Positions 57,001 through 63,448 are shown, counted from the stretch's first letter. The stretch: DNA of 64,000 nt from an uncultured Bacteroidales bacterium (GCA_905233585.1 CAJOFD010000008.1:3077-67076), one strand, 5' to 3'. A program made the numbers and translations. Notes: a model not told the origin generated them from the letters alone.

Positions 57001-57144
57001 TGAAAACGGATGAGTGGTCCCATCAAAATTTTCATGTACAATTTGCACAATTTGTGCTTCTGCTACGCTTAACAGACAAAACATGCACGCAAAAACGCAT
57101 GCCGACAGTGTCTGTAAGCCTTTTTTGTTGATTAATAGTTTCAT
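45061..57144 (-). CDS. giant (4027 aa) T9SS-sorted surface/secreted protein: MAM-like + 5 x (CARDB-like Ig + right-handed parallel beta-helix) + MAM-like + CARDB-like domains + type A CTD
   Basis: Single uninterrupted ORF. Signal peptide ending SVAEA-QI. PbH1-like repeats (NNxI, GGYYGIY) recur throughout. The periodic landmarks are listed in the module features. The C-terminal 80 aa look like a T9SS sorting domain. Confidence 0.9.
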   Translation of the reverse strand: MKLLINKKGLQTLSACVFACMFCLLSVAEAQIVQIVHENFDGTTHPFSVTPSQSTTWNQTTNYYVSGSKSLHGQVPNAANDSLVLQTPLYNCLSYAYVTLRFSHICKISPEDEVRIEYKLNDMGSKWQEIPANTYEGSGEYRNGFSAASYVQWQAGDSLAIPTQAWWKEETFDITNQVSFTEVAFRFIIKKGNTTGTNLNYGWLIDDFQLYASNTELKPPVVEFLPPFVQGTVYSTGPYTINAKVAKRTSAPLLTPYLVYTVSNMSSTTTDSVRMTAYAGDSLWTATLPQIAPNSNVLYYITGRDTTGNNSTITSGYNIVKPNSGILNITDVVCTGDSTATTPTSGYVVYATSQSPTRSRSLYYASELGNTSNPLYIANMAWYNVTNGNNASYQVTKEIKVWMMATADTGVSTTDIRPDEIGATLVYQGKTSSKQYWNQIDFSKAFILPANHNLYVFIESEDPAKSTSLLAWRYTASNQYRLAYKNGTATAWTRQKYLPLIRFGLSTTSGYAKNSVALTAITSPIYGSAIAGNLTPISVNIRNTGDTVLTSANLYHSINGNVQPVFNWTGNLEWDTETSVNIGSYTPTLNKFDTIVTWVAYPNNITDSTTFDDTLSLMVYGCNNLISGDIPIGNGKLYPTIKKALEGFAYCQPQGDVRLLVDAGTYNDSLDFSNFSNIMGRYKLTITSATGNPSDVIVTSSVNSNVIILNNSNNIVFDGITIDASTNKAKGIIFKGACNDVTITNCIIKSDPNTNAAAITPIYKTSSTGIANNINITNNTIDGGYYGIYFYAGTGNAAYGQNIRIENNTISNSYITGIHLYYAHLNSLSGNNLFSRKNGLTVTTYWRGFYVYYVNLDKCDGNHIQNINTNLNYASGGYFYYINDVRYGGNDSTTKAGLFSNNEIIITLNTTNTTISYGLSCNYGQFDIINNSAYLSGAPNMVGLYGNSTTSSSTSMKIYNNNIILTNTTGSSYPINLVATTTYDINYNNYSAPTYIGRFGSSNYTDLNAWKVAVNGDMNSTNTTVTLLDSTKSLLDTTLSLQLAVYDGLDVMRLPNVLKDKQNARRNIITAMGCYQGFQLLQKDIWVNYITPLRNGVSQGTIDSISIIITNVGVDTLQSASFGWTINNVLQTPIVWTGSLATEESDTLHLGTITYADGPNSVVAWLDANTWADNNQQNDTISSSSFACVPLNGRITIGNGGDFANTMDFLTRLNLCGLNGDLEVAYLTGTYLQEVVLNGNTFVGANTYRITFTSAAADKDSVIFQRATAPTNQVAPFMLQNISNICFKHLTLKGHSPISSTYTYSHSIIIGDSCSNITIDSCVLAVPFFTSAITTNSHNAIRIYANLATTSNITITNNNISGGGYGIYAYGSSSKIINNLHIENNYIHTFDKYGIYMYYCDSAYIAHNKIVQRETDFQQTTLNGIYASYCSGDIIGNSIIGNVVQYGIYCAYFNRTTPDFLIANNEIIATNGSGDNAGIYFSTSASSRVYHNSVYMKSTANARGIYITSASGINFDIQNNIFVVNGEGVNSCPIYLTNTTYLAGNNINNNVYYNLTNNKIGYYSSYATDLTTWKNNVTTDSGSVVVMPNIQNPNTSLKLLDSIGISVPALSSVVDDIEGESRDSLVTVAGAYTYSTPHVNVAPLEILGLQPAESAGQTYPISVSIQNRGLDTLTSTNIVLNVNGTTSNHTWTGILAPGAIDTVPLTNVTIISGLNEIVIFTNMPNNVADGFVYDDTVSTHIWGCNGAIHGTYTVGQGGIFTTIQEAISAATYCGLDSAVTFHILPQYLDRTPIVINSIPSTSKTNTITFVPITGDSLDAIVNVSGIAITLNSAAHIYFRNMCFVGGYGSVEMTGICEDIEFRNCLLRTNTTSISNAIIAVNHTSASGANSYLKDVRFIRNTIDGGYYNIKLYYSGSSAATVAANLPCVTIDSNILTNGYMGGIYSYYYNRYKSISYNTITTRSDIAGIQYGIYTYGYNRIDSGIIGNKITLNGTSTSYGIHTYYMNASTLGTTDNALIANNEIRAFKMGTLYGIYINYTKANIYHNSVLGTGTGISYPLYITTMSSSYSADIKNNIFAATSSNASNYPIYCSTASYVLPSYGVKLDYNNYYSNGANIGYVGKALPNNIDSLRAYTQQDEHSVNVDPLFANSNNNLAVRNNPALDALVIGSVPTDIVGNARIDEATMGAYEAEPVSIDAKLVNFVGFNEAIAGVNPISVILTNKGLTDITSATITYTLNGVVQTPIAYTPSTPLAYRHSDTVSLGNLNFIAGINTLSAYVTLAGDTINNNDTITSSRYMCNTIIAGDYTIGSSATADYATWQDWATEAIRCGVANDVTLKFETGTYTDSVTLARLSEIMGGKTLTITSLAANKDSVVFNAGANAMSLLTLEKTNNLVIKDVTLDARNNRYAVNFRNNTNNITFEHCKILAKDTTASTYIGIYKASSTGRLDSLTIRNCEIHNGYYGIYLYPGNGYSSNIIIDSNLIKNNSYSGIYTYYSDLTSLSYNKVIVDRTAKTSTTYYGMNIIYSNSGKIVGNKIAINSNTITGTLYGLRSYYSTKDIIANNELRITSYSTTTYGLYVDYPKQTSYLHNSVYVDGTTTTSSSFLWYVYSNANYDATVSKNLFVNKATGTNAYAIRFNGTYSGAYDTNYRINGNAYFSTSKCGYVNSSDKQTLSDWLTVVQSDSNSVFVEPIFNDVNTDLTLKAYGNVLTDRDSLVLTDISGTTRHTITACGAYDAVFPNTDAALTEFVYDPIIVQQPNPISVKVFNNGYDTLKTLTINWSLNGVQQPAVNWTGALSLTQQETISLGNIVPPTGLNTLRAWISLINGSGTDDDNSNDTISDQFYACAGALAGYYTVGTNTSDFATLDEFRWALNTCGVGDTTTFAFANGNYDVLKFETINGLSDTTPITITSISGNAADVNFIANLGDAITLNNIGNMNFRHVTFDASRASNAVQLLGQITNVEFYGCNIKASPTATASTSNGIRYYNATTATQTLTNVRFIKNNISGGYYNIYCNYAAGSAANILTRTCSITIDSNNMENAYYAGIYSTGNSIYTSIAYNNITTKTTNNVTTVQYGMYMTMVTVDSGIVGNKILLQGCRSTTGMYISGFNATARAADPNKNGLIANNEIRRLRKAEVNSVTATGLAIYSPSRADVYHNSIYIQDTCSVRTLQFTTSTEGNLNIRNNILAVNSDKTATSYAVYVGTATHATPAFNTTMDYNNYYNFRANDNLAYIGSNVSTFADLRTKTMQDNNSVNIAVSFANAGQSLKLNNYYDVLVPNVGINQDIEGNVRKMKTTMGAYTPIFSDSLDLSIVAIEGLPDSTEMCSPDFATIDIIVKNSSGVDVDFATQPLTLYLHVSGKTQADTSILIDSGSLEMLKQDTFRLLNNLNIYPSGNYLLQAWLQHSDDHNTLNDTLSVVYTTNKVILPMDENFAAGMPATVRSIAEIGSNMWTVMHDSDATGTVVPQFGNAMIAFNGNRGEMTHLFTQQLDLNGSSEPVLDFWYYHDTSANASTLDYTDIRLTFDGALTYQTLFSVRKNNGVDMGWKQYTYKLDSFINQSCIVMVFEAMRMSDNSFNGEQYIDRIRITSNQDLAIDKMLVPTLTACDYKGKELSAVISAATAQNIDFSKYPTLLKVDVSGQTAKSYVIQLDSGVIAGLNSDTLLLDSSFDFNPGNYFIHSYIVNSIDNIPGNDVRFDTIVVNPQLDIQLTKITDGTNCIPARRAVSQQISVTNNGNMDMEDLILKLEVSNSSGAVVETLYDTLFGVLAMDSQKIHTFTKVYTVPDDEQYNVSVNVYPMCNTDLSFQNVINECIDLNDLVLEGILVPTDDGQCMRIGSQFNVKIKVTNKNPDVSARQVDVYAAIEDNDGNILASWTENIDEIYADDYTEVEFQPAFTVVAVPNFTIRAYLVGNSDINSDNDTAAPVSKCTDLSITDNHSDGISMSQNIPNPTTGQTKVLYTVPQEGKVLFNISTVTGQIIYREETMAESGENSIEFNTEHLAAGIYFYSMTYNGHKIVKKMTVGK
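45064..45312 (-). other. T9SS type A C-terminal sorting domain (aa ~3945-4027 of giant protein)
   Basis: SMSQNIPNPTTGQTKVLYTVPQEGKVLFNISTVTGQIIYREE...LAAGIYFYSMTYNGHKIVKKMTVGK, the usual NP-x-x-G...G-x-Y-x-Y...K-x-x-x-x pattern of Por secretion tails. Confidence 0.75.
47230..48912 (-). repeat. protein super-repeat module 5 (aa ~2745-3305)
   Basis: Landmarks NPISVKVFNNGYDTLKT, VNWTGAL, CAGALAGYYTVGTN, SGGYYNIYCNY and TMGAYTP. Confidence 0.7.
48931..50562 (-). repeat. protein super-repeat module 4 (aa ~2195-2738)
   Basis: Landmarks NPISVILTNKGLTDITS, PIAYTPS (degenerate WTG), CNTIIAGDYTIGSS, HNGYYGIYLY and ACGAYDA. Confidence 0.7.
50575..52227 (-). repeat. protein super-repeat module 3 (aa ~1640-2190)
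   Basis: Landmarks YPISVSIQNRGLDTLTS, HTWTGIL, GCNGAIHGTYTVGQGG, IDGGYYNIKLY and TMGAYEA. The codon for E2190 was checked at 50575-50577. Confidence 0.7.
52240..53892 (-). repeat. protein super-repeat module 2 (aa ~1085-1635)
   Basis: Landmarks SISIIITNVGVDTLQS, IVWTGSL, CVPLNGRITIGNGG, SGGGYGIYAY and VAGAYTY. Confidence 0.7.
53920..55602 (-). repeat. protein super-repeat module 1 (aa ~515-1075)
   Basis: Landmarks LTPISVNIRNTGDTVLTS, FNWTGNL, GCNNLISGDIPIGNG, IDGGYYGIYFY and AMGCYQG. Confidence 0.7.
57055..57144 (-). other. Sec signal peptide of giant protein (aa 1-30)
   Basis: MKLLINKKGLQTLSACVFACMFCLLSVAEA|QIV: basic n-region, hydrophobic core and an AxA-like cleavage site. Confidence 0.7.
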
Positions 57145-57186
57145 ATAATATAGTATTTAAAATTGTTATCATGTGTAAAGTATTGA

Positions 57187-57199
57187 TTTTTTTTTTTTT
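57187..57199 (-). repeat. 13-nt homopolymer (T13 on plus, A13 on the giant-gene strand) between candidate -7 box and start codon
   Basis: Counted directly. It lies 43 nt upstream of ATG 57144 and 17 nt downstream of the -7 box at 57217-57224. Confidence 0.9.
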
Positions 57200-57216
57200 A
57201 CAAAATTTCAGACCTC

Positions 57217-57224
57217 CAAAGTTA
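57217..57224 (-). promoter_or_regulatory. candidate Bacteroidota -7 box for giant gene (TAACTTTG on minus strand)
   Basis: Plus strand reads caaagtta, the reverse complement of TAnnTTTG, 72 nt upstream of ATG 57144. Confidence 0.4.
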
Positions 57225-57356
57225 CATAAAAAAATGAAATAATCAACTTAAATATGAAAAAAAATTTATTCACAATTTATTAACAATTTGCAATTTATTG
57301 AAAATGATGACAATAAAAAATGTTATAAAAAATGAATTTTGTTACATATTTTTTTA

Positions 57357-57364
57357 TACCTTTG
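57357..57364 (+). promoter_or_regulatory. Bacteroidota -7 promoter box (TACCTTTG)
   Basis: Matches TAnnTTTG, 24 nt upstream of ATG 57389. Confidence 0.5.
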
Positions 57365-57388
57365 CAAAATTTTTTTAAGGAAGAGTTT

Positions 57389-57610
57389 ATGTATTGGACA
57401 TTAGATTTAGCATCAAAGTTAGAAGATGCTCCATGGCCAGCAACCAAAGAGGAGTTGATAGATTTTGCTGTTCGTTCAGGAGCACCTATGGAAGTCGTAG
57501 AAAATCTTGAAGAAATAGAAGATGAAGGCGAAATATATGAATCTATAGAAGACATTTGGCCAGACTATCCATCAAAAGAAGATTTCTTCTTCGCAGAAGA
57601 TGAATATTAA
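57389..57610 (+). CDS. small acidic DUF2795-like protein
   Basis: 73 aa starting at MYWTLDL. APWPATKEELIDFAVRSGAPMEVVENLEEI resembles the DUF2795 pattern (P-A-x-K-x-x-L-x-x-x-A...GA...V). The ORF-track start at 57332 lies upstream of the -7 box. Confidence 0.6.
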   Translation: MYWTLDLASKLEDAPWPATKEELIDFAVRSGAPMEVVENLEEIEDEGEIYESIEDIWPDYPSKEDFFFAEDEY

Positions 57611-57658
57611 AAAAAAGAAGAAAAACTACTACGCTAAATTGTGTTAAATAATTGTTTG

Positions 57659-58147
57659 TCAGATTTTTGTGCTTAGAAGTACAACGGCATAAGCACTAAT
57701 GCCTTCTTGTCTGCCTATAAATCCCATTTTTTCAGAAGTTTTGGCTTTTATGCTAATATCGTTGGTTGAAATTTGCATAATTTCAGCGATATTGCTTTTC
57801 ATTTGCTCCATATAGGGGAGTAGTTTGGGCTTTTCCAACACAAGGGTACAGTCTATATTATTAATGGTATATTTTTCATACACCAAATCTCTGCAACATT
57901 GTAACAAATACAGACTGTTTGCATTTTTGTATTTTATATCCGTATCAGGAAAATGATAGCCAATATCGTGCATATTAGCGGCCCCGAACAAAGCATCAAT
58001 AATTGCGTGTACCAATACATCTGCATCGGAATGTCCTAAGCAACCCAATGCAGAAGGAATATTCACTCCGCCCAATATCAAGGGTCGGTCTGCTGTAAGT
58101 TGATGGGTGTCAAAGCCGAAACCTATTCGCATATGTTTATTTGCCAA
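57659..58147 (-). CDS. ispF: 2-C-methyl-D-erythritol 2,4-cyclodiphosphate synthase
   Basis: 162 aa. RIGFGFDTHQL, GHSDADVLVHAIIDAL and KAKTSEKMGFIG. Confidence 0.9.
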   Translation of the reverse strand: MANKHMRIGFGFDTHQLTADRPLILGGVNIPSALGCLGHSDADVLVHAIIDALFGAANMHDIGYHFPDTDIKYKNANSLYLLQCCRDLVYEKYTINNIDCTLVLEKPKLLPYMEQMKSNIAEIMQISTNDISIKAKTSEKMGFIGRQEGISAYAVVLLSTKI

Positions 58148-58173
58148 TATTTTAAATAATTGTGATATGTTGG

Positions 58174-59418
58174 CTAATAACCTACTTGAACTTTTTTAGG
58201 TTGCCCAAATTCAAAGGAAATGGAAAATCTCAAGGTGTTTTCCAATGGGTGTTGTTTGGTGCCGACAGGCAATATATAGGCGGCATCAATGGCAAAAACA
58301 CTATATTTCAATCCTACGCCAAAGGTGAAATATTTTCTTCTGCCTTTGTATTGCGATTCGTTGAAATAGCCTGTACGGATAAACAATATGTTGTTGTAAG
58401 AATATTCCAAACCGACATTCAATACAAACTCACTCATTTCTTCTTTAAATCCACCTGGAGCGTCTCCCCAAGAGGTAAATACGGCTTCTGCCGAAGATAT
58501 ATTGGGGTCTCTGCCCTTGTCTATAACAGGTTTGCCTGTTGTTTGATTTATAATAACCACTCCGTTGGAATCTGTTGCATAGATAGGTGGAGTCGGTACC
58601 AATAATTTATTAATATCAAAAGCAAAAACCAAACGGTTGTATTTGTCAATATTCATAGAATAGGCGATACCTACACGGAAATTGGCCGGCAAGAAATCTC
58701 TTTCCGAAGAAGATGAATACGAAATTTTGGCACCGATATTCGAAATATTCAACCCAAAAGCAATATTGCTGCTATAAAGTCTGTTTGTTTTGAATTTGTG
58801 AAGATAAAACAACGAAATGTCGGCTGCTCCCGACAAACCGGGTTTGTTTTCTCTGTTAGGATTGACACTGGTGAGGTTAGAATAGATAAATCTGCCGGTT
58901 ACTGCCATAGACAAGTTTTCTATCAATTGACGGGAATAGGCCAAATCAATGGCAAATTCGTGCGGTTTGTAGTTTTGTTGCACTTCACCTTCTTCATTGG
59001 TTATTTCCATATTGCCCATTGAAAAATAACGGACAGAACCCGAAAGGGCATCGTTGGAAGTAAATTTGCCGAAACCGGATGCATACAACAAATAAATATC
59101 TCTAACATGCAAACCTGCCAACCATGGACTATATGATACGGAAAAACCATATTGATTGTCAGAACAAATATATTTGGCAGGGTTCCAGTGTTGGGCATTG
59201 GCATCGTTCAAAACAGCAACACCTGCCTCGCCCATACCGCCGATACGGGTGTCGGGGGCTATCTGCAAAAACGGAACCGCAGTCGTGATGACATTGCTGC
59301 CCATACGCCCTAAAATGTCGTCTTTGGTTTTTGTTTGTGCTTGTATATTGTTATTGAATAAACAAAATATAATAATGGCTATCAATGAGATAGTTTGTTT
59401 TGAATGTTTGTTGCTCAT
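58174..59418 (-). CDS. porV: type IX secretion system outer-membrane channel/shuttle protein PorV (LptO)
   Basis: TTAVPFLQIAPDTRIGGMGEAGVA is the conserved PorV N-terminal motif. Beta-barrel composition ending in F. Directly downstream of porU. ATG 59418 (MSNKHSKQ...) gives a signal peptide and avoids overlap with porU. Confidence 0.8.
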   Translation of the reverse strand: MSNKHSKQTISLIAIIIFCLFNNNIQAQTKTKDDILGRMGSNVITTAVPFLQIAPDTRIGGMGEAGVAVLNDANAQHWNPAKYICSDNQYGFSVSYSPWLAGLHVRDIYLLYASGFGKFTSNDALSGSVRYFSMGNMEITNEEGEVQQNYKPHEFAIDLAYSRQLIENLSMAVTGRFIYSNLTSVNPNRENKPGLSGAADISLFYLHKFKTNRLYSSNIAFGLNISNIGAKISYSSSSERDFLPANFRVGIAYSMNIDKYNRLVFAFDINKLLVPTPPIYATDSNGVVIINQTTGKPVIDKGRDPNISSAEAVFTSWGDAPGGFKEEMSEFVLNVGLEYSYNNILFIRTGYFNESQYKGRRKYFTFGVGLKYSVFAIDAAYILPVGTKQHPLENTLRFSISFEFGQPKKVQVGY

Positions 59419-59500
59419 TATAATATTATTTTCTAAAAAAAGTAAAATACCAAAATAAAACGAAAAAAAAATAAAAATATTGCTATATGATATATCTTTT

Positions 59501-62500
59501 TTAAAGAATGACAATTTTTTCAATTTTTTCGGCTACATTGTTATTATTATCTCTCACCGATAGTTTGTAGAGATATACGCCTTTGCCGATTTTGTTTCCA
59601 TAGTCGTCCAAACCGTTCCATGGTATAGGATTGCTTCTGAAACCGGTGGTTGTTTGTGTGTCAAAAATTGTTTTCACCAATTTGCCTGAAATGGTAAAAA
59701 TACTTATTTTTACTTCTATAGGTTGATAGGGCTTATTGTGTTCAAAATAAAAAGAAGTATTGGTAGTAAAAGGGTTAGGGTAGTTTAAGACGTGGTCTAT
59801 ACTCAATTCGCTATTGTTCACCACTTCAAATTCTATTTCCGTTTCTCCCATATTGTTTACAATATCCCAAGCCCGTACTTTAAGGGTATGGTGTCCTTCG
59901 GGCAATTCAGACAAAAGATAACTTAAATTGCCTGAAGTGTAACTGTTTTCTTCAAATTCAAAATAATCGTTCAAAACAATGGCATTGGCAATATCGTTGT
60001 CAATAATGGCGACAATATCGTGTCCGATACCGGCTCCGGCTGTATTCAAACCTGTTTCGTCTGATATTTTGGCCAAAATGGTTGGTGTTGGGTTGCAAAT
60101 ACCTCCGCTTACAAATTGTTTATCGTTGAGATGCAATTCTATATCTGGACCTTTTTCATCGTGTATGCTGGTATCGTTCATACCACCAATATAAAAATGT
60201 TCATAGCCGTTGGCGTCATATTGGTCAGAATAGGCATAATAACTTATTTTGCCTAATCCGTATTCATAATTAATATCTTTGGGTACCATAAAACTAAAGG
60301 AGAATTTGCCGTCTTTTACAGGTATTTTCCCTTTGTAAATAATGCTTTTTTGGCTGTCAAAATGTCTGACGGAATCCCGATTGTTGTTGTTGATAGTGGC
60401 TATGGATTGGATTTTGTCAAAAATAATGGGATAAACATAACCTTTGAAATCGTTGATAATATTGTTGTTTTCATCTGTAATATGTCCGCAAACGGTAACA
60501 AAGGACAAGGATTTGATGGTATCAGTAAAGGTGCGGAAATCAGCATGGTTGATGCTGTCTGTATAGACATGTTGGGTGGGGTGTGCCAAGGTAACGGAAG
60601 GGTCGCCCAGATAAGTGTAACTTTCGTACACGCCAATACTGTTTTGGGCATTTCTATAGACTTCGCCCATGGTTAAATAGCCATTGCTGTTTTTTTGTAC
60701 CATATTGGCAAAAAGGTTGATACCCAAACGCTCGTTGTTGCCCGAACTTGAATTTCTTGTTGAAGCGACTAAGCCAATGCCACCTCCATTGGTGTGTAAT
60801 AATATTTTTTCACCCGGTGATGTGAATGATTGGTCGTAGTAGGCAAAACTACAACAAGCCGTATAAAATACCAATTGGGCATATTTGTTTGTCCAAGAAC
60901 TTATATCTGAGGCTTTTAATATTCTCTCGTGAGCCCAACCCGTATTGCCGCCATGTCCAAAATAGGTCATCGCCAAGCAGCCGTTGTTTATTCTGTAATT
61001 GATGTTTTTAGTAACATCGGGATACCGTTTGCCTTGCGAAGAACTTTCTTTTTTGTAGGCATCGGAATAGATTTTTTCAATATTATATATAGGTTGTTGG
61101 GCAAGAACGGTTTTGTATATTTGTTCAGGATTGTTCATGTGGGGATAGTCTTCATCATCATCGGATACTAATGCCAAATAATTCCGCCAAATACCATGAT
61201 TAGCAACATTGTTTTGCGACAAATAGTCTTTGGTGGCATAGTTGACAGATTTTTGCACTAATGCCGAGGCTTGTGATTCCGTTGTTACAGGCCAACGTCC
61301 AATACCTATGTCCATAGTTCCAATATTGCTAATGCCTTTGCCGTCTGCCAATTTGCCGATATAGTTGTCGGTGGAAGTATTGTTATCGACATCAAAAATA
61401 TAATTGCCTTGATAGTTGGGGATATAACAAGGAGCAGAGCCTTCTATTTGGCGAACATCGTATGAGGTTTTGCCTATCAATAGGGCATTTTTGGGGACAT
61501 CGTTTGCTGAACTTGCTCTGTCGTAGAACATTTTCAAAAAATTTCTTATTGCAGACAAATCTGTTGCCCCACTGCTAAATTCGTTGTATATTTCATCGGT
61601 GCTAACAACGGCAACACTCATATTGTCGTTTGTTTGTCTGTATTGTGCTAATTGTCTTGCTGCTGATAAAAAATTGGGGTGGCTGATGATGATAAAATCA
61701 ACGGCGGGCAAACCATGCAAATCTTGATTGTTGATTTTTCCTATAGGCGTGATGCTTCCAAAGGCACTGCCGTCAAAGGCTATCATTTCGCGTAGTGTAT
61801 CGGCAGGGAGTGTGAACGAAAACCAATTGCTGTTTTTTAAACCTTGTATTTGTCTGATATTGTGTCTGTCGCTAACGTCCCAAATTATAGTGTTTTTTCC
61901 TTGTGTGTCAAAATTGTATTTGGCAATATTGCCGGTGCCAACTATATTTGCATTGCGAAATGGAACAATGGCATTGTGTTGCCCTAATGAACACATTGCA
62001 TGTATTTCAATGTAGTCCAAATAACCGACAGCAGAAGCATCGGGTTTGTTGTAGGTTATAGACAAACTGATGTTTTCATCGGTGGGTTTGTAGTCTTTGT
62101 AAGTGGCATTTACAAGATTATTGCCACCATAAAACGTGGTGCTGAAACTTTTGCTGTTGTTGATAGTTGTTAGCATAGAGGCACCCGCATTGGCAACAGA
62201 AGCCACACATATATCAAGATAAATATTGCTGCTTACATCTATTCCTTTTATATTAAATGAATAAGAACGCGTAGTTGTGGATTTGAAATCATCGGCAAAC
62301 CAGCGGTTGCCAACGTCAAATATATTGATAGCATCTTTTTCGTAAACATCAAAATAGTGGTAGGTATTTACTTCGTGAGTAGGACTGATTTCAAGCGAGG
62401 GAAGGGTGGTGATACGTTTTTTTTCACCGATACCATTGTCTATATTCAAAAAGTAAAATGTTGTGTTGGTGTAACTATTTTGTTTATGACTATATTGGCA

Positions 62501-63304
62501 AACGGGTGTTTTGTAGTCATGTATCCAAGTAGAAACACCTACACCATAGAAAAGAATATAGTCGTTGTTGTCAAAAATACCGTTGTTGTTGTTGTCAGAC
62601 ACATATATGGCAAGTTCTTGCAGGTCGTCAAATACTTGTTCGGAGGTGCTTTGTGGCAATTCCCCGCCGCCATTGCCAAAAACAGCAATTTGGTTAATTG
62701 GTACATCAGTGTTGATACCCAATAGTTTGAAATCATTCGGGGTGATTTGGTAAATAGTTGTATTAGAAATGCCCATTTTGTAAAAATTACCGCTTTTCAA
62801 AATGGAATGTTCGGCATAGGTATTTTTTTTCCGTATGTTCGGAACGATAGAAGACGTTATATTCGCTTGTAAATCAAAACTTAATAGTTTTTCTATTTTG
62901 TTGCCGTTTTTTCTGAAAGGCAGAAATGACAATTTGAAAAATGCTTGTTTAAGCGTTTCTTCGGTGTAATATTTTAAGTGCAAAGTATCTGCTATACTAT
63001 TAAGATTAAGGGTTGCAATTTCATGCTGATTCAATGTTTCCCATTGTACATTTTTTATTTGCACGCTGTATTGTTCATATTTTGAAGCAATTGGTGTGCT
63101 AAAATAAAACAAAGGCATTAAAGCAGGCGGAAAATAATCCACTTTGGCATTGTCAAAATACAAATATTTCTGTGTTATATCCGAACTGATTTTTTCGATT
63201 TTTATGTCCTGCCACTTCAACACAAAATGTTCTTGTATTTGTTGGGCACAAATACAGCAACAAGACAATAAGAAAAATCCAAAAACGAGGAGCCGTTTGT
63301 TCAT
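59501..63304 (-). CDS. porU: type IX secretion system sortase PorU (C25/gingipain-like C-terminal signal peptidase)
   Basis: 1267 aa with signal peptide. C25-like region (FIIISHPNFLSAARQLAQYRQ...VVSTDEIYNEFSSGATDLSAIRNFLKMFYD; TYFGHGGNTGWAHE; VFYTACCSFAYYD). Own C-terminal domain NYPNPFTTNTSFYFE...GVYLYKLSV. porU-porV synteny. Confidence 0.8.
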   Translation of the reverse strand: MNKRLLVFGFFLLSCCCICAQQIQEHFVLKWQDIKIEKISSDITQKYLYFDNAKVDYFPPALMPLFYFSTPIASKYEQYSVQIKNVQWETLNQHEIATLNLNSIADTLHLKYYTEETLKQAFFKLSFLPFRKNGNKIEKLLSFDLQANITSSIVPNIRKKNTYAEHSILKSGNFYKMGISNTTIYQITPNDFKLLGINTDVPINQIAVFGNGGGELPQSTSEQVFDDLQELAIYVSDNNNNGIFDNNDYILFYGVGVSTWIHDYKTPVCQYSHKQNSYTNTTFYFLNIDNGIGEKKRITTLPSLEISPTHEVNTYHYFDVYEKDAINIFDVGNRWFADDFKSTTTRSYSFNIKGIDVSSNIYLDICVASVANAGASMLTTINNSKSFSTTFYGGNNLVNATYKDYKPTDENISLSITYNKPDASAVGYLDYIEIHAMCSLGQHNAIVPFRNANIVGTGNIAKYNFDTQGKNTIIWDVSDRHNIRQIQGLKNSNWFSFTLPADTLREMIAFDGSAFGSITPIGKINNQDLHGLPAVDFIIISHPNFLSAARQLAQYRQTNDNMSVAVVSTDEIYNEFSSGATDLSAIRNFLKMFYDRASSANDVPKNALLIGKTSYDVRQIEGSAPCYIPNYQGNYIFDVDNNTSTDNYIGKLADGKGISNIGTMDIGIGRWPVTTESQASALVQKSVNYATKDYLSQNNVANHGIWRNYLALVSDDDEDYPHMNNPEQIYKTVLAQQPIYNIEKIYSDAYKKESSSQGKRYPDVTKNINYRINNGCLAMTYFGHGGNTGWAHERILKASDISSWTNKYAQLVFYTACCSFAYYDQSFTSPGEKILLHTNGGGIGLVASTRNSSSGNNERLGINLFANMVQKNSNGYLTMGEVYRNAQNSIGVYESYTYLGDPSVTLAHPTQHVYTDSINHADFRTFTDTIKSLSFVTVCGHITDENNNIINDFKGYVYPIIFDKIQSIATINNNNRDSVRHFDSQKSIIYKGKIPVKDGKFSFSFMVPKDINYEYGLGKISYYAYSDQYDANGYEHFYIGGMNDTSIHDEKGPDIELHLNDKQFVSGGICNPTPTILAKISDETGLNTAGAGIGHDIVAIIDNDIANAIVLNDYFEFEENSYTSGNLSYLLSELPEGHHTLKVRAWDIVNNMGETEIEFEVVNNSELSIDHVLNYPNPFTTNTSFYFEHNKPYQPIEVKISIFTISGKLVKTIFDTQTTTGFRSNPIPWNGLDDYGNKIGKGVYLYKLSVRDNNNNVAEKIEKIVIL

Positions 63305-63448
63305 TTATACAATTTTATAATATATAACAACGATAGAAAAATAAAAATATTGCTGTTGTTATCAAGATTTGCTATATAATTGATTGGCGGCAAAGTGAGA
63401 ACAAAAATTGTTTTTTTTGCAAATGGCAATTGTTTTTATTTTTTTGTA

